Assembly (NCBI RefSeq): GCF_001194135.2
Contig: NC_068984.1
Span: 94,261,930-94,312,958, forward strand
DNA: 51,029 nt
Reading direction: 5' to 3'
Origin: Octopus bimaculoides
Lineage: Eukaryota
A program made the translations under genes and the position numbers. Below, piece after piece: positions 24,428-36,579 of this stretch (its first letter is position 1; every line of letters starts with the position of its first letter). The notes under the pieces were generated by a model. That model was not told the origin of the DNA and searched no databases. It saw only the letters and a program-made list of their open reading frames with translations.

Positions 24428-27400
24428 CCTCCCCCTTTTGAGAGTTTTTTTTTTTCTAAACCCGAATTTATCAATTTTATTTCCTCGGTGAGAAAGTGGC
24501 ATATCTTTTTCTCTTAGCACTAATTTCCATCATTTCTGTAGGTTTTCTCTTCCTATTTGACCTACGTTCTGCTTCTGCTTGTGGTTCTGGGACCTCGAAC
24601 AAATCATACCATATATCCATTGGTTCCTCTCACCTTTCTTCATTTTTGGTATATCTATTTTTTAATTTGTTTATATGCTTCTGTGTTCATATTTTGGTCC
24701 TTTCACCATGTACATCATGTTACCCAGACATCCAGTTATACTTCCTTGTTCCCAGTCTTGTTTTCCATTTCTATATATTTTAAAATACACTTCATCACCT
24801 GTGTTAAAAAAATTTCATTCTTCCCGAATTTTCTATTTTCTGTTTCCTACTTGGCAACAATTTATCAAAGACAGAATTAATTTTTCTGGAAAACATCAAA
24901 TCTGTGGGTGACCTACCCGACTCTGCATTTGGAGTCAGTGTTATTCTATACACCTGCAAAAATTTTGTCATCTTTGTATCTTGAAGGGTTTCCTGTCTGG
25001 TCTTCCTTAAGGCTCTCTTGAATGTGTTGATGAATCTTTCCGCTAACCCATTTGACCTTGGGTGGTATGGCGGAGTTAACACATGCTTCATTTGAACCGA
25101 CTTACAGAATCTTTCGAACTCCTTCACCATGAAGTGTGTACCATTATCTAACACAATCGTATCTGGCACCCCATAACGAGCAAATAATTCTCCCAAGAAG
25201 TCAATCATCACACTTATGGTTGGCCTTGAACATTTACACACTTCAGGCCATTTAGAATAGTTATCCACCATGATGAGATAATGAGAGCCATTTATTGGTC
25301 CTGCGAAATCCACATGCAGTCTAGACCATACCGAATCCGTTTTTGGCCACGGTTGAATCTGCACTGGGGGCGCCTTTGCTGCCATAGCACATCCTCTACA
25401 CTGTTTTACCAGTCTCTCAATTTGCTTGCCCAATAAAATTAACTCCTCATGAGGCTCTTCATCCAGATGTCCTACATGGAAGTCTTTTAATACTCTGTAT
25501 TGCAGCGCTTCAGGTATTACCACTCTTTGTGCATATAATAATACCTCATCACATACTGAATAGTGCTTTGAACCTGCGTCATTTATATTTTTCATGTTAC
25601 TTAACATTTTTTAAATCTGGTTTATGAACCTATCATTTCCTGATTCCAATTTAATTTGTTCCAGCATTACCGGCAAATCATGTACTACATTGCACAAAAT
25701 GTTCTTCAGTTCCATTTCTAGTTTTAACGATGCAATCACCGTGTCTTCAAAAGGTTCCTCATATTTTGGAATTAGCCTAGACAACCCGTCTGTGTGTCCC
25801 ATTTTCATTGATGGCAAAAACTCCATCTGGAAATCGTAGTTCAACAGAATAGTCCCCCAGCGCTGTAAGCGGTTTGCTGAATGCGTGGGGATACCCTTTT
25901 TCAAACCGAAAATAGACAGTAATGGTCAGTGATCTGTTTGCAGTCTAAACTTCCTCCCATGTAAGAATTTATGGAATTTTTTTACTGCGAAAATTAATGA
26001 TTACACCTCTTTTTCAATCTGATTGTAGTTTCTTTCCGCTGGTAATAGAACTCTCGATGCATGTACAATAGCTTATATTTTACCATCATTAAATTTATGC
26101 AATTTCACAGCTCCTATTCCATACTCACTGGCATCCAATGCCACAATTATTTTCAGGTTTGGGTCAAAATGAGTTAATGATAACTCTGAAGACATTGCTT
26201 TTTTAATTCCTCGAATGCTTTCTGACATTCGTTTGTCCAATCCCATTTCAAGTCCTTCTTTAGCAACTTGTTCGACATTTTAGGTATGTACAACTGGTAA
26301 TAACTTACCAGACCTAAAAATGATTGTAGTGTTGTTTTGTTAGTGGGAACAGGCATTTTTTTCATCTCGTCGATCCTACAAGGGTCTGGTTTTCATCGAT
26401 CACCTGTCCTAAGCACTTTATTTTTGTCAAGAAAAATTCACATTTATCCTCACTTACTTTAAACCCATAATTGCTTATTCATATGAAAACCTCTTCTATA
26501 TGTTCAATATGTTGGTCCCTCGATTCACTTTTGATATGTCATCCAATTATGGGACCACAAACTCACAATCTGCTAGCATAATATCCATCACTTGCTGAAA
26601 TATTGCTGGTGTGACCTTAACTCCAAATGGCAGTCTTTTGAAACGGTACAAACCTTTATGAGTATTGACTGTTAATACTTTAGTACATTCTTCATCTACC
26701 AGTAACTGGAGGTAGGCCTCTGACAAATCCAGCTGGGAAAAAATTTTCCCACCATTGCACTTAGCAAATATTTCTTCTGAGTATGGAAGTGGATAATTGT
26801 AATTTTTTAAACAATCACTAAGACCAGTTGAGAAGTCCACACATACTCTTATTTCGTTGTTCTTCTTTTTTATATATACAGTAGGAGCCACCCACTCAGA
26901 GTAGTCTACTTTTTCAATTACTTCAATGTCTTCCAATCTTTTTTAATTCCTTCTCAACTTAATTTAACGCTGCAAAAGGTACAGTCCTTTTCAATTTGAA
27001 CACCGGCACCGAATTTTCTTTCAACTCAAACTTTACTTTGATTTTTTTTTTACATGTACCGAATTCTTTCGAAAACATCTTTTTCAATTTTAATTTCAAT
27101 TTTTCCAATGCTTTCTCTGACACGGACTGTAACACATTCACCTTATTACATAGTGTATTCAGTGGTAGATCCCACAGGTCGAATTCTTCCATTAAATCTG
27201 TCCCGAACAGATTCCTTGTATTCTTAGATACCATTAGTTTACTTTTCCGCGTCATGTTTTTAAGTTTTATTTCTGGTGAAATTTCACCCAAGAATTGAAC
27301 TCGTTCCCCTGACACACTGTGAGCTATCCTAGTAGTTTTTCTTATACACCAGCCTGCCTATCTTACTCCATGTTGCCTTATTTATTATTAATACGTCTGA

Positions 27401-27658
27401 ACCGGTATCTAATTGCATTTTGGTCTGAAAACCATCTATTTCTACCAACGCAAATTTTCGATTTTGTATGGTATAATTTACTTTTGTTGAGTAGACTTTC
27501 TTTGGTTTTTACCGTTTTCTTTGACTGGCATTTCATCTGTATATGCCCAATTTTACCACACTTTGTACATGTTTTATCTTTAAAGGGGCAATCTTTCCTC
27601 AAATGTCGGTCTCTACAACCATAGCACTGTTTTGAATTTATATATTTTCTTCTATACT

Positions 27659-27856
27659 CTTTTATTTGTTTCAGTCATTTGACTGCTGCCATGCTGGAGC
27701 ACCGCCTTTAGTCGAGCAAATCGACCCCATAACTTATTCTTGGGAAGCCTAGTACTTATTCTATCAGTCTCTTTTGCCAAACCGCTAAGTTACGGGGACG
27801 TAAACACACCAGCATTGGTTGTCAAGCGATTTTGGGGGACAAACACAGACACACAA

Positions 27857-27905
<49 letters not shown>

Positions 27906-28078
27906 CATATATACGACAGGCTTCTTTCAGTTTCCGTCTACCAAATCCACTCACAAGGCTTTGGTCAGCCCGAGGCTATAGTAGAAGACACTTGCCTAAG
28001 GTGCCATGCAGTGGGACTGAACCCGGAACCATGTGGTTCGTAAGCAAGCTACTTACCACACAGCCACTCCTACGCCTA
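27659..28078 (-). mobile_element. tRNA-derived SINE nested in Gypsy gag
   Basis: Head aggcgtaggagtggctgtgtggtaag...ggttcagtcccac; internal CA microsatellite; 8-bp TSD tctatact/tctctact. Confidence 0.92.
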
Positions 28079-28822
28079 TCTCTACTTTCTTTTCACATTT
28101 GTACATTTTTTATTATTGTCTTCTATTTTTCTTGTATCATCTCGAAGGTTTATTATTTGTTGGCATTCCTTAGCCACTTTCTGCAAGGTTAGTTTCACAT
28201 CTTGATTCAGCTTTGATAATATTCATTTTCTAATTTCCGCGTCTTCCATTGCCACCAGCCCTTTAACAAATATTAAACACTTGAACATATCTGGCATTAA
28301 TTCTTCCAGCTTAAACCTTTCGCAAGCCTTGTTAACCATACCGGCATATGTTACAAAATTGTCGGACTTGTTTTTCTTTAAATTTAAACATTCCCACCGA
28401 ATGTTAAACTGCGAACTTTTCTCGCTAAAAATATTAGTTAACATATTTATCGTTTCATCAAAACACAATTCCAAGGGCTTTCTCGGCAAAATAAAGTTAC
28501 AAAAACTTTCATGTTCCGGAGGGGCAAGCTTTCGCAAAAGAAGTCTTAACCTTCCTTTCACTAGACCATCCATTGCATTCCTCTCAGAATATGTCTTCAT
28601 ATCGTCTGTAATATGCAGTAAAAGTAGTTCCTTCATCCGGTTTGTAGTGAAATTCTTTGATGGAATTTGCAACACTGTCCGCTGAAAATGATTCTGTCGT
28701 ATTTCTCGACTGCAGTAACAATTCTGTTAACTTTTGTAGTTGCTGTTGTTGCTGCTCTTGTTGTTTGACAACTGCTTTCAGTAACTATTGCATTTTGGTA
28801 CTATTCGAAACCTCATCACCAC

Positions 28823-29034
28823 TGTTATATTGCACATTCGGATGACATGCCTTCGCCAATAACGTACCTCTGCTCAACTACCGAACTATCACTTCCGACG
28901 ACTCAACAGAACTTGACATCTAGTCTACTCACAGCTCTGGCTTGCTCTATGCGACACTTCCTGTCTCGCTATCACGTCCACTATTTATACGTATTGGACT
29001 AGCCTACTTATCGTCTGGGGGCATCCACACAACA
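28823..29034 (-). repeat. 5' LTR of the Gypsy element
   Basis: tgttatatt...cacaaca, followed on the minus strand by the PBS. Confidence 0.95.
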
Positions 29035-29074
29035 ACTATATTGCTAGCTAAAAAGTGTCAGTAAAACAAATCTC

Positions 29075-29280
29075 CATGTATTTTACAGAAACATCAGCAT
29101 GCCAGGCGAAATGCTTAACAGTATTTCGTCTGAGTTTAAATTCCACTGAGGTCGACGTTGCCTTTCAACCTTTTGGGGTCAATAAATTGAGTACCAGTTG
29201 CATACTGGGGTCGATCTAATTAATGATTGGCCCCCTCCCCAAAAATTTTGGGCCTTGTGCCTAGAGTAGAAAAGAATATT
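29075..29280 (+). mobile_element. SINE (second family)
   Basis: gcatgccaggcgaaatgctta...gagtttaaattccactgaggtcgacgttgcctttca...gggccttgtgcctagagtagaaaagaatatt. Confidence 0.8.
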
Positions 29281-30985
29281 TAACCCAAGTGATAACAGAC
29301 AAAAATGGGGAAGAAAAAAAATATGAGGCAAGACTTAAATGTACATCTATATTGAGCAGCAAGATACCTTTTCTCCTTCAGTCTCTCTATCTCTATCTCT
29401 CTCTTTTTAAAGTATCTTTTCTTATTCTCATCAACACAAACAGTTAATGGAGTGGACAGTATAAGAACAAGTATGTTGTTTATTTTGTTTTGTTTTTTGT
29501 CACAGAATTCATGTTTTTTCCTTCACTATGTGAAAGTGATGAATGGCTTCATTACAGAATGTTTTATTTGAACAAAATGGAAGCAAGTTAAATTTTGATC
29601 CTGAAACTTCTTCAAAAAGTAAAGGGCTAAACTTGTTTAAATATCTTCATTATCAATAATCTCAAATGTCTTGTGTCATCATTTCAAAGTAATTATTAAT
29701 TAGGAAGTTAGTTCAGCATTTGAAATAAACATTTGCAAGTGACTATAGCCATATAAATCTTATATTTGAGAAAGGAAAATGTTAGCAATTTTTTTAATAA
29801 AGTGTAGTAATGAAGTTAGAAATAGTTACTCATAGTTTTCATGTGATTAAAAAAAAAGATCAAATCAGAATATTTTATTTAGTTTTATTGTAAGTTGGCT
29901 TTGAAACTTGTGTATAAGCTTTCAGCATTTAAATCAAATGTATATTTTACTTTACTAGCAAGGAAAACAAGTTCAATTACAGGATTATTTAACTATGACT
30001 ATGATTACATAAAGTCACATAACCAATGTACATATATCTCTCAGATAATTCAAATAATTACATGAGGGTTTGGGTAATAAATTTCTTTGAGTAAAAACAC
30101 TACTTGTATTTTGAACTGCTCACTGAACTCTGACTGTTCTACTAATTTAGAATGAAGACATGTTTGTAAAAATATATACAATCAAAAGCCTGTATAAAAA
30201 ACATCAGCTCTCAAATTAAATTAGCAGAAGGAAAAATAGTTTTGTTTATTCCAATGCTATCCTTACCAACACTACTATAACATCCATACATAAACAATGA
30301 ATATATTCTAATGGTACAGTCTTTCAAGATGACTGATTGTTAACTGGTATCCATCACAGATACAGCAAAGGAGAACATCAATGAGTTAATTATTCAAAGA
30401 TGTCATACTTATGAAAAACAAGAGTTAAGGTTAACATTTAATGCAATGAGCACTATTAAAAGACTAATTAGAAGCACTTTTGTGGTGAGGAAAGGAAATG
30501 ACTAATATTATTTGAATCAGTTCAGCATGTATGAGAGACAATTCTGGATACTTTTCAGTCTTATTAGATCTCCTCAGAAAGTATGATTTCAAAATAATAG
30601 TGAGAGAATTACTAAATACATATACACTCTTGTATATGAGTTGGTATGAGAAATTAGCATATATAAATACAATAAATCACTGTGGTGATGCAATATGTAT
30701 GAAAATCAATAGTCAAGTTAATGTTAACATAATTAATGTAATGAACTGTTACACTAGATGTATTACTAGTTCAATATCTTATGTATTATGATAGCCGGAT
30801 ATGCAAAATCAATAAATATAGGTACAAATGCAATAGGATTAATACTATTGGTTACAAACTTTAACAGTCATCATTGAGAAAGACATGAACGTCACTTGTT
30901 GATATTTTTCTTTCAATAAAAATATGAGAATATCTGCTTAGATAAAAAAAAAAATTATGATTGAGTGACATACTGATTTACTTAC

Positions 30986-31027
30986 AAACTGTATTTTTGC
31001 ATCTATTTTCCCAGCACCTTGATTATT
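30986..31027 (-). CDS. Candidate 42-nt host exon (NNQGAGKIDAKIQF)
   Basis: tttag acceptor, GTAAGT donor, one open frame with phase 0/0. No homology recognised. Confidence 0.25.
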
Positions 31028-31514
31028 CTAAATGAATGTTTGACAACTATATACCCTCAATATCACAATTCTGTAGTGATTCATTTAATTTTCTGTATTA
31101 TATATTTATATTGTCCTGCTAATGGTATTTCTATTGTGTCCTGCAAGCCAACAGGAAGATATATAGAAATATGTGGATGTGCATTTTTATATTGTCCTGT
31201 TAGTGGTGTATTTCTCCACTTCATTACAATTACATGTAAACAAAATTAAAAAGACAACCTCCAAATATTCAAATACAGGGAAAATAAGAATATACAATAC
31301 CTGATTTCAGCCTATGAAGATTCATTAAAAAAATTTCCTATATATATAGATATATATGTTAAATTCAAATTACGACAAATGTAAATAAACAAGCGAAGCT
31401 TGCTTTTAGAAGCGTTGAGATGTCTTTTTTTAGAAAGTTAAAGAAGTGATTTTTTAAATTCTCAATCGCAGAATAATGCTAATAATATAGCCTGAACAGG
31501 ATAAACTATCCCTA

Positions 31515-31632
31515 TTTTGCAGAGAAAAGTGTAGGTGACTAGCTGTGGACTCGAACTCACATCCCCGTCATTACATGTGACGATGCTTTTGCCGATTAAG
31601 CTAAACTACCCACTACAAATTCCTCTGCAAAT
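31515..31632 (-). mobile_element. tRNA-like cassette flanked by about 25-bp inverted repeats
   Basis: D stem gctt/aagc, anticodon stem cgtca/tgacg, B box GTTCGAGTCC; flanks ttttgcagag..gtgtag and ctacaa..ctctgcaaa. Confidence 0.7.
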
Positions 31633-31649
31633 TAAGATATAAAATCTCG

Positions 31650-31684
<35 letters not shown>

Positions 31685-31687
<3 letters not shown>

Positions 31688-31791
31688 TCATCATCATCAT
31701 CATCATCGTTTAACGTCCGCTTTCCATGCTAGCATGGGTTGGACGATTTGACTGAGGACTGGTGAAACCGGATGGCAACACCAGGCTCCAG

Positions 31792-31796
<5 letters not shown>
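31685..31796 (-). mobile_element. Very short RTE 3' end inserted into a (TA)n tract
   Basis: (cat)n-cgtttaacgtccgctttccatgctagcatgggttgg..., with (TA)n on both sides. Confidence 0.9.
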
Positions 31797-31823
<27 letters not shown>

Positions 31824-32568
31824 CAATATATATCAATAAAGCTCCTTATTTCTTATTTGTATTGACATTTTTGAACATGCATCAAGATCTAGATTTGAGT
31901 TAGAGTATGTGCATGTGTATGTGCATGCATGTGAATAATAAATACACAATAAGACTGATATTTGGAATTTCTTAGTACAAATGTTCAAAACAGTTCACTT
32001 GCCAATTATAGATACAGTAATATAAGTTGCTTTAAATTAATCTTTTATTCATTCAATCATTGAAGTGAACTGTGTCTTACTGCAAATTAAATTAAACCAC
32101 TTCATCATAATCATTAATATAATTTTAATGTTCATTTTCCCAAGCCGTGTGAATCTATTTTATGGCATATTACAATTTTTTACAATCTTACATCAACTTA
32201 TCTATGAGACATATTACTCTCAGATTTAATCCTACTGGTAATATATGAAATTTTTTTCTACCTGGTAGATGTTATACATAAGCAAAACATAACTATACCA
32301 GTGTATCTACCTTTCCACCATACATCAATTAATGCCTTTAGCATTCCTCTACCTTCTCATCTCACTCGTACCTACCCTTGATGTAGTAAGTATATGCAGT
32401 ATGAAATAACATCAGAAAGAATTAGAAATGTGAGAAAAAGAGAAGGGTTAAATGAAAGTGTAGAATACAAATAGTACATCTCTTTTAAACTGTTTGTGAA
32501 GAATTTTATACAGCCATATATATATATATATGTGCATGCATATATACATACATATATGTATACATACA

Positions 32569-32664
32569 TATATATGCATGTATATATATATGACGGAGTA
32601 TATATATGCATGTATATATATAAGACGGAGTATATATATGCATGTATATATATATAAGACGGAG
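32569..32664. repeat. Three-unit minisatellite of about 30-34 bp
   Basis: (ta)n-tgcatg-(ta)n-gacggag repeated three times. Confidence 0.9.
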
Positions 32665-32691
32665 TATAACAAAAAGCATAAATGCTTTTTG

Positions 32692-32848
32692 TTATCCTCC
32701 GTCTTCTCCATTAATCTTGAAAATATACCCTACGTGCACCCTGGAATTTCTGGATGTAGATCGAACAATGAATGCAAAGTACCGCTGATGACACTTGATA
32801 GCCATAAGTGGTGAACGTGCTCCACAGACACAATACCCAGAACTTACC
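32692..32848 (-). CDS. Candidate terminal coding exon (RVSSGYCVCGARSPLMAIKCHQRYFAFIVRSTSRNSRVHVGYIFKINGEDGG*)
   Basis: tttcag acceptor at 32849; 51 open codons with A/T-biased third positions; GC/CpG-richer than flanks; TAA at 32692-32694. Not recognised as a known protein. Confidence 0.35.
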
Positions 32849-33055
32849 CTGAAACAAGGTTTGGATATTGTATTTAATGCCTACTTTCTAAACCTTAATG
32901 CTTTAACTTTAAATTCGACTTACATGCATCTGTGATTTTAATTTTGATCATCTATATAAATGAAGATATTTCTTCTGTCCAGCTGCTTTTCTCTGTACAA
33001 AATGGAAAGTTACATTGCAGAACAGTCATTTTAACGAGTTGTATTTATTTATCAC

Positions 33056-33128
33056 CTGACAGGATACATCTGCACCACGAGATGCTCCTGAACCAGTTGT
33101 TGAGTGTCCCACCCAAGAGGAATCAATG
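33056..33128 (-). CDS. Candidate 73-nt exon upstream of the 32848 exon
   Basis: atatag acceptor and CAG|gtgata donor; phase-compatible reading LIPLGWDTQQLVQEHLVVQMYPVR. Frame is ambiguous: the codon bias favours a different frame. Confidence 0.25.
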
Positions 33129-33662
33129 CTATATGTGTCAAAACAATTGTCATGATTAATAATAAATTCTCATATATTCCATCTTCTGTCTTTCATTTGC
33201 TATATATATACAGAAAGAGAGAGAAAGAGGGGGAAGAGAGAGAGAGAAAATAAAAGATTGTACAGAAAAATGACAGATGGACGCATGGAAAGCATGCACA
33301 AAATATGTGGACATGCTCATCCCTCATCAGTTATCAACTAAAATCATTACTATTTCATGTCATTATTAATGAGATTGTTTATTTTAGTGGAGCCACCAGC
33401 AAAAATATTGCAGGGATATGTAAGCTGGTGTGAAGGACAACATGAGACCAAAACAGTGAAATAAATAGAAATTGAAAAAGCAAAAACTGAAAAGCAGGGA
33501 CTGTAATGAAAACATACACAAATGATACAGGTATATATAGGGTGGGGAAACAAAACTTGCAAAATTGCTGTAACATTTAAAACTCTCTCATTGCACATCA
33601 GTAAGTTTAGTAATTCAAAAATAGGTTAATAACATTCATACATGAAATACAAAATAAATAAT

Positions 33663-34180
33663 TTATTCTATGTGGCTTCCATTGTTTGCAATTATGACCT
33701 CCACACAGCCCCAGAATCCTGCACAATTCTTCACCATGAAGTCACTGGACATCCTGGCCCACTGCTCATTAATGGTAGCCTTCAGAGAGTCAATGTTAGG
33801 GTGGTAGGTTTTGTTGGCAACATGCTCCAAAATGCTCCATGTGGCATAGTCCAGAGGGTTAAGATCCAGGATGGAAGTGGGCCAGAAGTCTGCAGGCCAG
33901 AAAGCAACAAAACTGGATTTGCAGAAATTTTATACCTTCTTAGCATTATGGGTGGGAGCACAATCCTGGGTCCACACATAGTTGCCCTCTAGATAGTTGG
34001 CCTTGAGCTATGGAAAGACATGGTACCTCAGCTTCTTGTAGTAGGTGTCACCATCCACCTTTTCTCCGGACTTGTAGACATAGATGGGCATCTTTCTTCC
34101 ATTGAGGGCCACAACACTAAAGGCCATGACTTGAGTTGCATGTTTGTTCTGAAGGTGCCCCTGACATCAGCTGTTGACTC
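33663..34180 (-). pseudogene. maT-family (DD37D) Tc1/mariner transposase, C-terminal half
   Basis: ADVRGTFRTKH...WTQDCAPTHNA...FWPTSILDLNPLDY...GSHIE*; 37 residues between the second and third Asp; internal stops. Confidence 0.85.
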
Positions 34181-36210
34181 CTCAGTCACAGCTGCTTTAC
34201 ATCCACCCTATCTTCCAAATAGCAAAACCCTCTCACCATTTCCACCTCATCACATGACAATTCCACTGGTTTTGCCAGCCATCCAGCTCTTTTCTCACAT
34301 CTTCCACAAACAAACTCTCTTGCCAGTCTTGGGGGTCACCTTCTTCATCTTCATACATATACCATGGATCCATTTCTCACATCTCGTACATAACACCACA
34401 TTTGCCATTACCTTTCTCCCACATGGATCCACCTTACTCACTAATACTTCACCTTCCACCCCACTCACCATCATCTTTTCTTCCTGAGGTTTACCTTGAA
34501 ATCCTTGCTTTCAAACGCCTCCTTCCATTTCCAAAACTTCTCCCTCAATCCCTCCATTATCTCACTCATCAGAACAAGGTCATCTGCATACAGTATCTCC
34601 ATTATCAATCCCTCTCTTGCACTCTCCATCACCACATCAACGACTATTGCAAACAACAACGGTGACAACACAGATCCCTAATGCACACCAACTTTCACCG
34701 CAAACTCCTCCGACAACTCTGATCCAATTCTAACTCATCTTTACCCCCTCATACAAACTCATCACAGCCCTCACTATTACTTCTAGTACACCTCTCTTCC
34801 TCAATGCCCACTGAATCACCTTCCTTGGAACCCTATCAAATGCCTTCTCTAGATCAACGATGCACATGTACAACTCCTTCTCTTTATCTCGGTATTTCTC
34901 TTGCAATCTCCTTACACTGCATCTATTGTCCCCCTTCCTGGCATAAAACCAAATTGCATCTCATCCACATCCACCCCTTTCCAAATTCTCCTCTGCAACA
35001 CCCTTCTCACAATCTTCATTGCATGCTCCAATAACTTCACTCTCCTATATGCCCCACAACTCATCACATCCTCTTTTCCCTTGAAGATCAGTACCACCAC
35101 ACTCAGTGCCCAATCATCTGGCATTCCTCTTCCATCCAGCACACTCTGGCAGTGCTCCATCCTCACAGTAATCCCTATCTCTCCACTTGCAGTTATCATT
35201 TCCACACTTACTTCTGATGGACCAGCTGCCTTTCCCATTTTAATTTCCTTCATTGCCTCCACTACTTCTTCCCGACTAACCCTCTCCACTGGCCCCTTTA
35301 CCACAACAACTTCCACCCTCTGATCCCATTCATTCTCCTCATTCATAATGCCCTCCATATGCTCCTTCCAAACTCTTCCCCTGTCCTTCTTGCTTAAATT
35401 CATCCTTCTATCACTTCCCCTCATGCATCTTCCTCCCTCAACATCTCTTCCATCTTTTTTCATTGATTTAATAAACCTAAACACTATCTGGGTCCTCATC
35501 CAGCCCGCTCAACCTCTCCTCAGCTTCCTTCCTCATAGATCTCACAACCACCCTCGTTGCACAATTCTTTATGTTATTATACCTGGCTTTCATTTGCTCA
35601 GTCCTATTATTACATAAAGCTTTGTGCGCCTCCTTCTTCCTCTCTATCGCATCCCTCACCTCCTCATTTCACCACCACGTACCTCCTCAATCTCTCCTAC
35701 TTTTTTTTTCCATTCCACACACTTCATCACATGCTTTTAGTATTGCTTCTTTAAAAGACTTCCACGAATCCAGTGCATCAATGCTTACCAATTCCCCAAC
35801 TCTCTCCTCAAAGCTTGCCCTTGTTTCTTCTTCCTTCATTTTCCACATCTTTCTCCTCTCAACCATTCCCTTTCTCATACACTTTTTAACTTTCCTCTTA
35901 TCCAAGTCAGCAACCACCAACCTGTGCTGCAACTCCCTTGATATTGTCTTCACATCTCTCAGATACTTTCTGTTTTTCCTGCCAACCAACATGAAATCAA
36001 TTTCTGACTCATTCCCTCCTACACTGAAAGTCACCTTCCTTTTCTCTGTTTTACTAAACCATGAGTTCGCCACACACAACTCTTTCTCATCACAAAACTC
36101 CAACAGCATCCTTCCTTCCACATTTCTCTCCCAAATTCTGTTTCCCCCATGCACACCCTCAAAGCCCTGGATCCATTTTCCAACATTAGAATCCATTAAA
36201 GTCTATTAAA
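34181..36210 (-). mobile_element. Older RTE LINE (APE C-terminus and RT), decayed
   Basis: ERNVEGRMLLEFC...EIDFMLV; DEMQFGFMPGRGTIDA; LSPLLF...ILYADDLVL. Confidence 0.92.
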
Positions 36211-36264
36211 ATCACCCATGCCCAAAATCAATTCATCTACCTTATGTAAGTCCCACTCATTTGT

Positions 36265-36572
36265 CATTTTATCAACTGGTTGATCACCCTCCCTATTCTC
36301 CTGATTTGGCCCCATCTGCATATATTTTCTATTGTCCAACATGGAAAACACTCAGCTGGGAACCAGTATGGTAGTGTTGATGATATCATATCGGCTGTTG
36401 ATGACGTTTTTGACCAACTTGATGAAAGCATCTTCACCAATGAGATCCAAGCACTGCAACACCAATGCAAGAAGTGTGTGGACAGCAAGGACTATGTTGA
36501 ATAAACCTCATTTGGTCACATTCCATGAGAGTATGTCGGTCAGCTTATGGACTTTTCATCCAATACTTGTAA
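36265..36572 (+). pseudogene. mariner transposase C-terminus and right end
   Basis: LVDHPPYSPDLAPS motif, then ...KKCVDSKDYVE*. Confidence 0.8.
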
Positions 36573-36579
36573 TAGCTCT

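Larger units (their letters stand above)
24211..29034 (-). mobile_element. Full-length decayed Gypsy (Mag-like) LTR retrotransposon
   Basis: LTRs 24211-24427 and 28823-29034; TSD ACTAT at 24206-24210 and 29035-29039; PBS tggtgatgagg; PPT aaaaagggggagg; two CCHC knuckles in gag; protease QLDTGSD; RT with YLDD mutated to *LDD; RNase H; integrase. Many stops and frameshifts. Confidence 0.97.

Noticed and set aside
31534-31612. Functional tRNA-Thr gene
   Set aside because: Non-canonical anticodon loop, T-arm deletion and poor acceptor stem; kept only as a tRNA-derived element.
31746-31775. CTGAGGA...GAAAC in the RTE 3' tail as a hammerhead
   Set aside because: Only 5 nt separate the motifs, with no stem II; ctggtgaaacc(a/g)g is better read as a simple hairpin.
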